A program made the position numbers and the translations under genes. The notes under the pieces are model-generated. The model had not been told where the DNA came from. It did no database searches and saw only the letters and a list, made by a program, of their open reading frames with translations. From the NCBI GenBank assembly GCA_030527165.1, contig JAUNBH010000004.1, forward strand, positions 11,241 to 56,235: a stretch of DNA of 44,995 nt, given 5' to 3'. Source of the DNA: Clostridia bacterium. GTDB taxonomy: Bacteria; Bacillota; Clostridia; Christensenellales; CAG-138. Of this stretch, positions 27,383 to 36,851 are shown piece after piece (the first letter of the stretch is position 1; every line of letters starts with the position of its first letter).

Positions 27383-28264
27383 ATGAGCTTCCGGTCTGGG
27401 TTCATTACGGTAGTCGGCTCTCCTAATGTGGGAAAGTCGACCCTCATTAACGCCATGGTCGGCCAGAAGATAACCATCGTCTCGGAGCGCGCGCAGACTA
27501 CGCGAAACCGGATACTGGGAGTCGTGACGCGCAAGGATTATCAGCTCGTGTTCATAGACACGCCCGGAATAACCAATCCGAGAAACAAGCTGGGCGGTTA
27601 TATGCTCAAGATTGCGCTCGATTCCCTGAATGAAGTTGAAGCGGTGCTGTTCATGATAGATGCGACGGTGGGGATAGGCGAGAAGGACGAGCTGATAATC
27701 GCGAAGCTGAGGGGCGTAAAAGCGCCGGTGCTCGCGGCCATTAACAAGATTGACAGCGCAAGCGTCTCCGATATCGAGTCGATAGAGGCGCGGCTAAGCG
27801 AGGAGAGCTTCGTCGAGCAGGTAATCCGGATTTCGGCGAAGTACGGCGATCGGGTACCTGCGCTTGAACGGGCGATACTCAGGTACATACCCGAGGGTCC
27901 GATGTACTACCCGGAGGACATGGTAACAGACATGCCGGAGCGTGGGATTTGCGCCGAGTTCATACGGGAAAAGGCGCTGCGCCTGCTGCGCGAGGAGATA
28001 CCGCATGGCATAGGCGTAGGTGTGGATAAGATGGAGCTGCGCGACGACATATACGACGTTTGGGCCACTATCTACTGCGAGCGCGAGGGGCACAAGGGCA
28101 TAATAATAGGCAAGCATGGCGCTATGCTTAAGCAAATCGGCACGGAAGCGCGCCATGAAATGACTTGGCTCTTGGGTACCAGGGTCAATCTCCAGTTATG
28201 GGTCAAGGTCAAGCCCGACTGGCGCAACAATATAAGCGTAATGCACGAACTGGGCTACGAGTGA
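27383..28264 (+). CDS. era: GTPase Era
   Basis: FRSGF, GSPNVGKST, QTTR, DTPG, NKID, REEIPH, KGIIIGK, LWVKVK. Confidence 0.97.
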   Translation: MSFRSGFITVVGSPNVGKSTLINAMVGQKITIVSERAQTTRNRILGVVTRKDYQLVFIDTPGITNPRNKLGGYMLKIALDSLNEVEAVLFMIDATVGIGEKDELIIAKLRGVKAPVLAAINKIDSASVSDIESIEARLSEESFVEQVIRISAKYGDRVPALERAILRYIPEGPMYYPEDMVTDMPERGICAEFIREKALRLLREEIPHGIGVGVDKMELRDDIYDVWATIYCEREGHKGIIIGKHGAMLKQIGTEARHEMTWLLGTRVNLQLWVKVKPDWRNNISVMHELGYE

Positions 28265-28377
28265 TCTTTGTCGGGCGACGCTTGGTTCTCCAGTTCCTTT
28301 TTGTACAGCAAGTACGCGTCAACGCTGCCTGTGCTGATGAACAGTTTCCAGTAATGCTGTGCTCTGTTTGACTTCAT
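28255..28377 (-). CDS. yqzL: YqzL family small protein (40 aa; absent from the ORF track)
   Basis: Minus strand GGAGG RBS then MKSNRAQHYWKLFISTGSVDAYLLYKKELENQASPDKDHS*. W-x2-F-x2-TG-x3-AYLLYK is the YqzL signature, and the gene lies between era and recO. Confidence 0.85.
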   Translation of the reverse strand: MKSNRAQHYWKLFISTGSVDAYLLYKKELENQASPDKDHS

Positions 28378-28457
28378 TGTGTATCCTCCCGGCGTTCGGC
28401 TGATATCTTACATTTTGTAGAACACACGCGGAGGATACTGAGAAAAAATGGTGACCT

Positions 28458-29198
28458 ATGCCTCTTGAAAAACTGTCCGGAATAGTGCTGCGATATGCCG
28501 ACTATCGTGATAACGACAGAATACTGACTGTTTTTACTCGCGAAAAGGGCAAGCTCTCCATCGCATCGAGGGGCTGCAAGCGACAAAACAGCCCACTGCA
28601 GAGCGCATCTCAGCTCTTCGCCTACTCGGAGATGGTGGCTTATAGCGGGCGAGGGAAGTATTCGCTTAACTCTGCGGATTTGTGCGAGGCGTTCTATCCA
28701 TTGAGGGAGGATATCGTCAAGTTCGAGTGCGCCAGTTTCATGTTGGCGCTGAGCGACTTTATAACAGGCGAGGAGGAGCCGTCCGAGGCGCTCTTTACGC
28801 TCTTGTATCACTGTTTGAGTTATACGGCTTACTCCGATATGGATCCCATGGATGTTTCGCTCTGCCTTGCCGTGCGTGCACTTACGGTATCCGGTTATTC
28901 GCCAAAGCTTACGTCGTGCGTGCGCTGCGGTGCGAAGCTCAATGACCGGCGGCGGGTGCGGTTTGCACCGCAGCTGGGCGGTTCGGTGTGCAACGACTGT
29001 TCCGGCGAGCATATGGAGGTAAGCGCGCTCACGCTTGAGGCCATGCGGCGCATGTCGCTCCTGGAGGACAAGCAGCTTCGCAACGTCAGACTGCCCTCTG
29101 AAGTGAGGCGGGAGCTTACGGCGGTGGTAAAGGCGTACTATCTCTGCATCTATGACGGCGTTGAGCGATGTTTTGACATCTTAGCGAGAGCAAAGTAA
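28458..29198 (+). CDS. recO: DNA repair protein RecO
   Basis: GIVLR..DY.DNDRILTVFTREKGK, GYSPKL, CVRC...GGSVCNDC zinc finger. Confidence 0.95.
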   Translation: MPLEKLSGIVLRYADYRDNDRILTVFTREKGKLSIASRGCKRQNSPLQSASQLFAYSEMVAYSGRGKYSLNSADLCEAFYPLREDIVKFECASFMLALSDFITGEEEPSEALFTLLYHCLSYTAYSDMDPMDVSLCLAVRALTVSGYSPKLTSCVRCGAKLNDRRRVRFAPQLGGSVCNDCSGEHMEVSALTLEAMRRMSLLEDKQLRNVRLPSEVRRELTAVVKAYYLCIYDGVERCFDILARAK

Positions 29199-29240
29199 AC
29201 TATTTTTTACAGAAGGCCGCACAAATCGAGCATAATAAGA

Positions 29241-29269
29241 TTGAATTCAAACTCACAGCCGTTTATAAT
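29241..29269 (+). promoter_or_regulatory. sigma-A promoter of ppdK
   Basis: TTGAAT-17-TATAAT. Confidence 0.7.
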
Positions 29270-29308
29270 GACTTGTTAACTATTTTTAAGAGAACCACGG
29301 AGGTAACT

Positions 29309-31936
29309 ATGGCGACAAAGTATGTCTATTTGTTTTCGGAAGGCAATGCGTCCATGCGCAACCTTTTAGGCGGTAAGGGAGCGAATCTCGCCGAAATGAT
29401 AGGATTGGGCATGCCGGTGCCGTTTGGCTTCACGGTAACGACCGAAGCGTGCACCAGGTATTACGAGGACGGCGAGCGTATAAGCCCTGAAATCGAGGCT
29501 GAGATTTACGAGTACATCGGCAAGCTTGAGGCTCACACCGGCAAGAAGTTCGGTGACCTGGAGAATCCGCTTCTCGTTTCGGTGCGTTCCGGCGCGCGCG
29601 CTTCGATGCCCGGCATGATGGATACGATACTCAATCTCGGACTCAACGACGAGGTGGTCGAGAGCTTCGCGAAGAAGACAAATAACCCCCGGTTTGCATA
29701 TGACTCATATCGCAGGTTTATTCAGATGTACTCCGACGTCGTCATGGAAGTTGGCAAGAAGTACTTTGAAACGCTGATAGACGAACTGAAAGAGAGAAAG
29801 GGCGTGACCTTGGACACGGAGCTGACCGCGGACGATCTCAAGTACCTGGCGGAGCAGTTCAAGGCCGAGTATAAGGCGAAGATAGGCGAAGATTTCCCGT
29901 CCGATCCCAAGCAGCAGCTAATGGGCGCCATCCGCGCGGTATTTCGCAGCTGGAACAACGACCGGGCGATTTACTATCGCAGGATGAACGATATCCCCGC
30001 GTCGTGGGGCACGGCAGTAAACGTACAGATGATGGTGTTTGGCAACACGGGCGATACGTCCGGCACGGGCGTGGCGTTCACACGCAACCCGGCTACTGGT
30101 GAGAAGGCGCTCTTTGGCGAATTCTTGATGAACGCCCAGGGCGAGGATGTGGTGGCAGGCGTGCGCACTCCTCAGAAGATAGAGCAGCTCAAGGCGGTCA
30201 TGCCGGAAGCTTACGATCAGTTTGTGGAGATTTGCGGCAAGCTCGAAGCGCATTACAGGGATATGCAGGATATGGAGTTTACCATAGAAGAGGGTAAGCT
30301 CTACATGCTCCAGACCAGGAGCGGAAAGCGCACAGCTGCCGCCGCTCTGAAGATTGCCTGTGATCTCGTGGACGAGGGCATGAGGAGCATCGAGGAAGCC
30401 GTGCTCATGGTCGACCCCAAGCAGCTCGACGCACTGCTCCATCCCACGTTTGACGCTGCAGCCATTAAGTCTGCGAAGCCCATTGGACAGGGCCTGGCAG
30501 CTTCTCCCGGAGCTGCGTGCGGCCGCGTGGTATTCACAGCCGAGGACGCAACGCAGTGGGCCGTTGAAAGGGGAGAGAAGGTCGTGCTCGTCAGATTGGA
30601 AACAAGCCCTGAGGATATAGAGGGCATGTTCCACTCACAGGGCATACTGACCGTACGCGGCGGTATGACGTCGCACGCGGCTGTCGTCGCACGCGGCATG
30701 GGCGCGTGCTGCGTTTCGGGCTGCGGCGATATAAAGATCGATGAGGAGAACAAGCGATTCGAGCTCGGAGGACAGGTGTTCAACGAGGGCGATTGGATTT
30801 CGATAGACGGCTCCACCGGCTACATTTACGGTGAGGCAGTCAATACGGTCGAAGCGGCAATATCCGGCGACTTCGAGCGGCTCATGCGCTGGGCGGACTC
30901 CATCCGCACGCTCAAGGTGCGCACGAATGCAGATAATCCGCGTGATGCCGCGGTTGCCGTTAAGTTCGGCGCAGAAGGCATAGGCCTCTGCCGCACCGAG
31001 CATATGTTCTTCGAGGAGGACAGGATTCCCGCGGTTCGCGAGATGATAGTGGCCGATAATGTCGAGGCGCGGAAAAAGGCGCTCGAGAAGCTCCTGCCCA
31101 TGCAGCGCTCCGACTTTGAGGGTATATACATGGCTATGGAGGAGCGCCCGGTTACCATTCGCTTCCTGGATCCGCCCCTGCATGAGTTCCTTCCGCACAA
31201 GGACGAGGAGATAGCGGCGCTCGCCAAGGACATGGGCCTGACTTTTGAGCAGCTCAAGGCTACGGTAAACGGCCTCCACGAGTTCAATCCCATGATGGGT
31301 CATCGTGGCTGCCGTCTTACAGTCACCTACCCTGAGATTGCGCAGATGCAGACCCGCGCCGTGATAGAAGCAGCTATCAACGTCCGCCAGAGGACGGGGC
31401 TCAACATTGTGCCGGAAATTATGATACCCTTGGTAGGCGAAGTAAAAGAGCTCGCATATGTTAAGGAGTTTGTCGACGCGACGGCCCGCCAGGTAATGGA
31501 GGAGATGGGTGTGGAAATAGAGTACCTCGTCGGCACTATGATTGAGATACCCCGCGCCGCGCTGACGGCGGATTGCGTAGCGAAGCAGGCGGAGTTCTTC
31601 TCTTTCGGCACAAACGACTTGACTCAGATGACGTTTGGCTTCAGCCGTGACGATGCCGGCAAGTTCCTCAGTGCCTACTATGAGAAGGGCATATACGAGT
31701 CGGACCCGTTCGCGCGCCTCGACCAGACCGGCGTGGGCAAGCTCGTTGAGATGGCCGCCGATTTGGGCAGAAAGACGCGTCCCAACATCAAGCTGGGAAT
31801 ATGCGGCGAGCACGGGGGAGATCCCTCGAGCATCGACTTCTGTTACAAGGTGGGGCTCGATTATGTTTCATGCTCGCCCTACCGCGTGCCGATAGCGAGG
31901 CTTGCCGCTGCGCACGCCGTCCTGAAGAACAGATAA
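29309..31936 (+). CDS. ppdK: Pyruvate, phosphate dikinase
   Basis: LLGGKGANLAEM, VSVRSGARASMPGMMDT, GGMTSHAAVVARG, GLCRTEHM, FSFGTNDLTQ, GICGEHGG; GGAGG RBS before ATG 29309. Confidence 0.98.
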   Translation: MATKYVYLFSEGNASMRNLLGGKGANLAEMIGLGMPVPFGFTVTTEACTRYYEDGERISPEIEAEIYEYIGKLEAHTGKKFGDLENPLLVSVRSGARASMPGMMDTILNLGLNDEVVESFAKKTNNPRFAYDSYRRFIQMYSDVVMEVGKKYFETLIDELKERKGVTLDTELTADDLKYLAEQFKAEYKAKIGEDFPSDPKQQLMGAIRAVFRSWNNDRAIYYRRMNDIPASWGTAVNVQMMVFGNTGDTSGTGVAFTRNPATGEKALFGEFLMNAQGEDVVAGVRTPQKIEQLKAVMPEAYDQFVEICGKLEAHYRDMQDMEFTIEEGKLYMLQTRSGKRTAAAALKIACDLVDEGMRSIEEAVLMVDPKQLDALLHPTFDAAAIKSAKPIGQGLAASPGAACGRVVFTAEDATQWAVERGEKVVLVRLETSPEDIEGMFHSQGILTVRGGMTSHAAVVARGMGACCVSGCGDIKIDEENKRFELGGQVFNEGDWISIDGSTGYIYGEAVNTVEAAISGDFERLMRWADSIRTLKVRTNADNPRDAAVAVKFGAEGIGLCRTEHMFFEEDRIPAVREMIVADNVEARKKALEKLLPMQRSDFEGIYMAMEERPVTIRFLDPPLHEFLPHKDEEIAALAKDMGLTFEQLKATVNGLHEFNPMMGHRGCRLTVTYPEIAQMQTRAVIEAAINVRQRTGLNIVPEIMIPLVGEVKELAYVKEFVDATARQVMEEMGVEIEYLVGTMIEIPRAALTADCVAKQAEFFSFGTNDLTQMTFGFSRDDAGKFLSAYYEKGIYESDPFARLDQTGVGKLVEMAADLGRKTRPNIKLGICGEHGGDPSSIDFCYKVGLDYVSCSPYRVPIARLAAAHAVLKNR

Positions 31937-31962
31937 TAGTTCTGCGCAATAGGTTTGTGTTC

Positions 31963-31993
31963 AGAGCGCCGCTGCAGAAGCAGCGGCGCTTTT
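31963..31993 (+). terminator. Intrinsic terminator after ppdK
   Basis: AGCGCCGCTGC-agaa-GCAGCGGCGCT followed by TTT. Confidence 0.8.
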
Positions 31994-32056
31994 GCGCCGA
32001 GCGTGCGCACATAATACCTCGTGATGTCATAAACTGCTTGTTACGACTGCGCTGAT

Positions 32057-32084
32057 TTGCAAAAGAATAAAAGTGTGATATAAT
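32057..32084 (+). promoter_or_regulatory. sigma-A promoter of the GerMN-like lipoprotein
   Basis: TTGCAA-16-TATAAT with an extended TG. Confidence 0.65.
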
Positions 32085-32110
32085 TCGACGAAACATGCGG
32101 GAGGAGGAGT

Positions 32111-33451
32111 ATGGTGGTCTCGCTGAGAAGAATTGCAGTTATGATACTTGCGATTGCGCTCGCGCTCGTGGCGGCGTCCGGGTGCATAACGTCGCGCCCG
32201 AGCAATCTCGACCCCACTCATACACCTCATATTACCGAGAGCGAGCAGCCGGATTTGACCCCTCAAAGCAGTCCGGACGCCGCGGTGCATTCTTTGACGC
32301 TGTACATACCTAATGGGCAAGACACGGGATTTGATGCGCTGCCGTCGTCATATGACGGTACGCCGCAGGGCATTCTTGACGTCCTGTCGGAGTACGCGGC
32401 CATACCGCAGGGGACACGCGCTCTTTCATTTGTAATGAAGGTAGGCGGCGTGGAAATATCGCCCGATGCGGCTGCCGGCCACGATGCCTCGTCGATTGAC
32501 ACCGCTTTGGATTTATCTATCGAGTTTTCAGCGTGTCTCGCCGGCGATACCAGAGAGGCCTGGAAGGCCATTGGGAGCTTGGTGAACACTTTCCTTGCGT
32601 GCTACGGCATAGAGTCCATGCATGTGACGGTGGAGGGCAGCGCCGTAGTCTTGGAGGAGCATGATGCCGGAACCGCTTTTGCCCGAGTTGAGTACCCTTT
32701 GGCGCCTACCCCCACACTTGGATTGCAGTACGATATAGTCATCTATTTCCCCGACCCCAATATGATGTACTTCGTGACCGAGACGACTCAGTTTGACGGA
32801 ACCCCGCAGGGTATAATCGATGCTCTTGTGCGCTACGGCGCGCTTATAGAGGGAACGCAGGTGCTCGATTTCGATGAGACGACGCGCGTACTCGACCTGT
32901 CCGAGGAGCTTACATACACCGTTACGGCGGCGGGTTCTATGGGCGAAGTGCTCATAATGGGCTCCATAGTCAACACATTCCTCGTCTACTACGAGCTCAA
33001 CGACATTACGGTCACCTGTGATGGCGAGTACGTCATGGGTATATACGCCGATTTCAGCGGGCCGCAGGTGTTCTATGCCATGGGCGGGCTGGGAACTCAG
33101 GCAGAGGTATTTTACCCGGATTCCAACGGCGAGTACTTTCTCAGGACGACCGTCAATGTCGATGGAACGCCGCAGAGCTTGGTGGACGCCCTGATTTCAT
33201 ATGGCGCCCTCGGGAGCAACGTCCGCGTGGTAGGCTTCAACCAGGTGACGCGCACACTGGATCTCTCCGTCGAGTTCGGCGATGCAGTGCTGGTTGCCGA
33301 TGAACAGGCGGAGCGCATGCTGTTGGGCGCGGTTGTTAACACATTCTTGACCTATTATGGTTTTGACAGCATATTGCTGCTCTCAGACGGTGAGTACATT
33401 GAGAGCCCGCGTACCGTATACGAGGATCCGTTGAGCTTCTATTACCTGTAA
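32111..33451 (+). CDS. Lipoprotein with three tandem GerMN-like domains
   Basis: Signal peptide ending in lipobox ASGC. Three repeats of Y.P...DGTPQ.(I/L).D.L..Y.A...LDLS.E...(I/L/V)VNTFL..Y. Confidence 0.65.
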   Translation: MVVSLRRIAVMILAIALALVAASGCITSRPSNLDPTHTPHITESEQPDLTPQSSPDAAVHSLTLYIPNGQDTGFDALPSSYDGTPQGILDVLSEYAAIPQGTRALSFVMKVGGVEISPDAAAGHDASSIDTALDLSIEFSACLAGDTREAWKAIGSLVNTFLACYGIESMHVTVEGSAVVLEEHDAGTAFARVEYPLAPTPTLGLQYDIVIYFPDPNMMYFVTETTQFDGTPQGIIDALVRYGALIEGTQVLDFDETTRVLDLSEELTYTVTAAGSMGEVLIMGSIVNTFLVYYELNDITVTCDGEYVMGIYADFSGPQVFYAMGGLGTQAEVFYPDSNGEYFLRTTVNVDGTPQSLVDALISYGALGSNVRVVGFNQVTRTLDLSVEFGDAVLVADEQAERMLLGAVVNTFLTYYGFDSILLLSDGEYIESPRTVYEDPLSFYYL

Positions 33452-33485
33452 TCGCCGCTTTCGGCGCAGCATGATGAGCAAACCG

Positions 33486-33506
33486 AACCGCATGGCGGTT
33501 TTTTGC
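33486..33506 (+). terminator. Probable terminator
   Basis: AACCGC-atg-GCGGTT followed by a T run. Confidence 0.55.
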
Positions 33507-33577
33507 ATTGGTGTCGCCGCAGGAGAGCGCTTATTCGCATTATGTCGCATGAACGCCGTCGTTTGCGGGCGTAAACG

Positions 33578-33604
33578 GCAGGAAAAGCGCGTAACGCGCA
33601 GAAT
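33578..33604 (+). promoter_or_regulatory. sigma-H-type promoter of dnaG-sigA
   Basis: GCAGGAAAA...GAAT (AGGA-17-GAAT), matching the sigma-H consensus. Confidence 0.65.
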
Positions 33605-33630
33605 AACACCGCTGAGGAGTGAGATTGGAC

Positions 33631-35412
33631 ATGCCTGCTTTTTCAGATGCATGGCTTGCGGAGCTAAAGAGCAAGAATGACATTGTTTCCCTTGTTTCCG
33701 AGTACGTAGACCTGCGAAAAAAAGGGAAGCGGTTTTGGGGCTGCTGTCCGTTTCATACTGAGAAAACTCCGTCTTTTTCTGTCTCTCCTGATAATCAGAT
33801 GTTCTACTGCTTCGGTTGTCACGCGGGAGGGGGGATGGTGCAATTCGTCATGCAGATTGAGCGCCTCCAGTACGCCGAAGCGATAGCGCTCTTGGCTCGC
33901 AGGGCGAACATGGAGATGCCGGACGAGATAAACAGTGAAAAGCTGCGAAACGACAGGGCGCGCAAGGAGCGACTGTATACGGTGTGCAAGGACGCTGCGC
34001 TGTTTTACCACAGGATACTCTTTTCAGCTGACGGCGCGCATGCCCGGGAGTATCTCAGCGCACGCGGCATCGACCTGAGGACTTGCAAGCGCTTTGGGTT
34101 GGGTTACGCGCCCGATGGCTTTGAATACACCTTGAATTATCTGCGCGCTAAAGGTCACAGCGATGAGGACATAGTTCATGCAGGGCTTGCGAACAAGGGC
34201 AGGGACGGCCGCGCGTATGACGCATACCGCGACCGTATAGTTTTCCCAATAGTCACCACTATGACGCGCGTAGTCGGATTTGGCGCGAGGACGCTGCGCA
34301 AGGATGTAACGCCCAAATACATCAATACCGGCGAAACTCAGATATACTATAAGCGCGACAATGTGTACGGCCTCAATTTGCTACGGGGGAGGCAGCTCGC
34401 GGACATCATAGTGACGGAGGGCTATTTGGACGTAATATCTCTGCACGCTAACGGAGTGGACAATGCGGTTGCATCTCTGGGCACGGCGCTTACGGACAGG
34501 CAGGCGCGCTTGATTCGCAGGTATGCTGATAAAATCTATCTCGCATATGACGGTGATGCCGCGGGGCGCGCCGCAACCTTGAAGGCGGCGGATGTGCTCG
34601 CCAAAGAGGGCGTTGATGTAAGAGTCATAGTCATTCCGGACGAGCTGGATCCGGACGATTTTATCCGGCAGCGCGGCAAGCAGGCGTTCCTGGATTTGAA
34701 GTACGCCGCGATTACAGCGACCGAGTTCAAGCTCAGTCACGCTGCGCGGGAATATGACATGAGCGATATAAACGACAGGGAGAAGTACGCGAAGCGCGCT
34801 TGCGCAATTATCGCCAATCTCGAGCCGGTTGCAAGGCCGCGCTACATTGAGTACGTCGCTAAACTGACGGGCTTGCCTATAAATTCGATCAGGGAGCAAT
34901 GCCAGGCAGGAGAACGTGGGGAAACGGAGAATAACGCTGTTGTAAAAAGGCATAATAGAGAAAAAACGGTAGAAGATGCAAATTTGCGTGACGGTGCAGA
35001 GGCGCTGCTGCTGTCGTGCATGGCTGCCAGTCGCGAGTCGGCGTACATAATTCGGGACTGCAGGTTGTACCGGGACGGCGATATGTTTGCATCGCGTGCC
35101 AACAGCGCCATAGCGCGGCAGTTGATCGCCGCGTACGACAGGGCTGCGACGCCGGATGTTGCGCTGATATTGTCGGGTTTGGAGGAAGACGCGAGCGCAC
35201 AGGTGGTCAAGGAACTTGACTCACCCATGAATGCTACGGAAGCGGACGTCATCACGCGCGAGTGTCTTACGCGATTAGAGGTGATTCACTTGCAGGAGCG
35301 GAAGCAGCAGCTGCTCGAGGCGCTCAAAGTTGCCGCTGAGGTGGACAAGCCTCAGCTTCTCAAGGAGATTGGCGGCGTTATTCAGAGGATTGATGCATTA
35401 AGGAAGGTGTAG
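33631..35412 (+). CDS. dnaG: DNA primase
   Basis: [15 protein letters not shown] zinc finger, RIVFPI, GFGAR, PKYINT, EGYLDV, SLGTAL, YDGDAAG, DPDD. Start could also be TTG 33625. Confidence 0.97.
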   Translation: MPAFSDAWLAELKSKNDIVSLVSEYVDLRKKGKRFWGCCPFHTEKTPSFSVSPDNQMFYCFGCHAGGGMVQFVMQIERLQYAEAIALLARRANMEMPDEINSEKLRNDRARKERLYTVCKDAALFYHRILFSADGAHAREYLSARGIDLRTCKRFGLGYAPDGFEYTLNYLRAKGHSDEDIVHAGLANKGRDGRAYDAYRDRIVFPIVTTMTRVVGFGARTLRKDVTPKYINTGETQIYYKRDNVYGLNLLRGRQLADIIVTEGYLDVISLHANGVDNAVASLGTALTDRQARLIRRYADKIYLAYDGDAAGRAATLKAADVLAKEGVDVRVIVIPDELDPDDFIRQRGKQAFLDLKYAAITATEFKLSHAAREYDMSDINDREKYAKRACAIIANLEPVARPRYIEYVAKLTGLPINSIREQCQAGERGETENNAVVKRHNREKTVEDANLRDGAEALLLSCMAASRESAYIIRDCRLYRDGDMFASRANSAIARQLIAAYDRAATPDVALILSGLEEDASAQVVKELDSPMNATEADVITRECLTRLEVIHLQERKQQLLEALKVAAEVDKPQLLKEIGGVIQRIDALRKV

Positions 35413-35419
35413 GCAGGGT

Positions 35420-36508
35420 ATGGAAGTACAGAACGCTACGGTCACGGAAAGAGTCATGCAGCTTTTGGAGACGGCAAAGCTCCAAGGTTACATTACTTAC
35501 AAGGAAATAATGGATTCGCTCGAGGATATGGACATTGACGCGGAGCAGATGGAGAAGATATATGAGCTCTTTGAAACTGCCGGCATCAGTGTTCGTGACG
35601 AGGCGGAAGTGATTGATTCTGCCAATCAACCTGACGAGATAATCAAAATAGAGGAGGAACTGGGCAGCTCCGAGGGCATAGGCATTGACGACCCCGTTCG
35701 CATGTATCTCAAGGAGATAGGGAAGATACCCCTGCTCGACGCACAGCAGGAGGTGGAGATAGCCAAGCGGATGTCTGAGGGTGACGAGGAGGCGAGGCGG
35801 CAGTTGTCAGAGGCCAACCTTCGCTTGGTGGTGAGCGTCGCAAAGAAATACGTAGGCAAAGGACTGCTTTTCCTGGATTTGATACAGGAGGGCAACATCG
35901 GTCTTATAAAGGCGGTGGAGAAGTTCGACTACCGCAAGGGATACAAGTTCTCCACATATGCTACATGGTGGATAAGGCAGGCTATAACACGCGCCATTGC
36001 CGACCAGGCACGCACCATACGGATACCGGTGCACATGGTTGAGACCATAAACAAGCTCATACGCTGCCAGCGCCAGCTGATTCAGGAATTGGGCCGCGAA
36101 CCGCGGCCGGAGGAGATAGCGGAGGAGATGGGTATAACTGTTGAGAAGGTGCGCGAGATCAAGAAGATAGCGCAGGAGCCCGTTTCCTTGGAAACCCCAA
36201 TAGGCGAGGAGGACGACAGCCGTCTTGCGGACTTCCTGCCCGATGAGGACGCATTGGCGCCTGCTGACGCCGCTTCATACGCCCTGTTGCGGGAGCAACT
36301 GTTGGAAGTTTTGGATACGTTGACCCCGCGCGAGGAGATGGTATTGCGCCTTAGATTCGGACTTGACGATGGTAAAAACCGCACGCTTGAGGAGGTTGGC
36401 AGAGAGTTCAAGGTAACGCGCGAACGCATAAGGCAGATAGAGGCAAAGGCGCTGCGCAAGCTGCGTCACCCGAGCCGCAGTAAGCGTCTGAAGGATTTCC
36501 TGGACTGA
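35420..36508 (+). CDS. rpoD: RNA polymerase primary sigma factor SigA
   Basis: [76 protein letters not shown]. Confidence 0.98.
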   Translation: MEVQNATVTERVMQLLETAKLQGYITYKEIMDSLEDMDIDAEQMEKIYELFETAGISVRDEAEVIDSANQPDEIIKIEEELGSSEGIGIDDPVRMYLKEIGKIPLLDAQQEVEIAKRMSEGDEEARRQLSEANLRLVVSVAKKYVGKGLLFLDLIQEGNIGLIKAVEKFDYRKGYKFSTYATWWIRQAITRAIADQARTIRIPVHMVETINKLIRCQRQLIQELGREPRPEEIAEEMGITVEKVREIKKIAQEPVSLETPIGEEDDSRLADFLPDEDALAPADAASYALLREQLLEVLDTLTPREEMVLRLRFGLDDGKNRTLEEVGREFKVTRERIRQIEAKALRKLRHPSRSKRLKDFLD

Positions 36509-36529
36509 TTATGGCTGCATACGACATGG

Positions 36530-36553
36530 GGAGTGCGGACTCGCACTCCTTTT
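36530..36553 (+). terminator. Intrinsic terminator after sigA
   Basis: GGAGTGCG-gact-CGCACTCC followed by TTTT. Confidence 0.75.
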
Positions 36554-36600
36554 CTGGTGAGCCCGCATTGTGCGGAAACAGTGCGCTGTTCTCGCGGAGA

Positions 36601-36840
36601 CTACTCGTTCCCGCGTTCCTTGCGCTTCGAGCGTTGCTTAGACCTGAGATAGCGTTCGACGTACAGCAATACGGCGTTGACCATGCACACGCCGCCTAAT
36701 ACATAGGTCGAAATGCGGACAAAGTCGCTCCGCAGCAGGCTCAGCACGGGATTGTATATGTCGAGTATTGTGAATACTATAAGGCACACCGACAGTATAA
36801 AGGTGATGTGCGGAAACAGCTTTTTAAACAGTGCTATCAT
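36601..36840 (-). CDS. Small two-TM membrane protein with basic tail
   Basis: GAGG RBS before ATG 36840, immediately after the upstream stop; two hydrophobic segments. Confidence 0.7.
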   Translation of the reverse strand: MIALFKKLFPHITFILSVCLIVFTILDIYNPVLSLLRSDFVRISTYVLGGVCMVNAVLLYVERYLRSKQRSKRKERGNE

Positions 36841-36851
36841 ATTATACCTCA

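Noticed and set aside
30635-31813. 392-aa antisense ORF in ppdK (also 23508-24554, 18752-19639, 39917-40771, 3165-3977, 11648-11995)
   Set aside because: Shadow ORFs fully overlapping well-supported genes in GC-rich DNA, with no motifs or convincing RBS.
36511-36699. 62-aa ORF after sigA
   Set aside because: It runs through the sigA terminator and overlaps a better-supported minus-strand gene.
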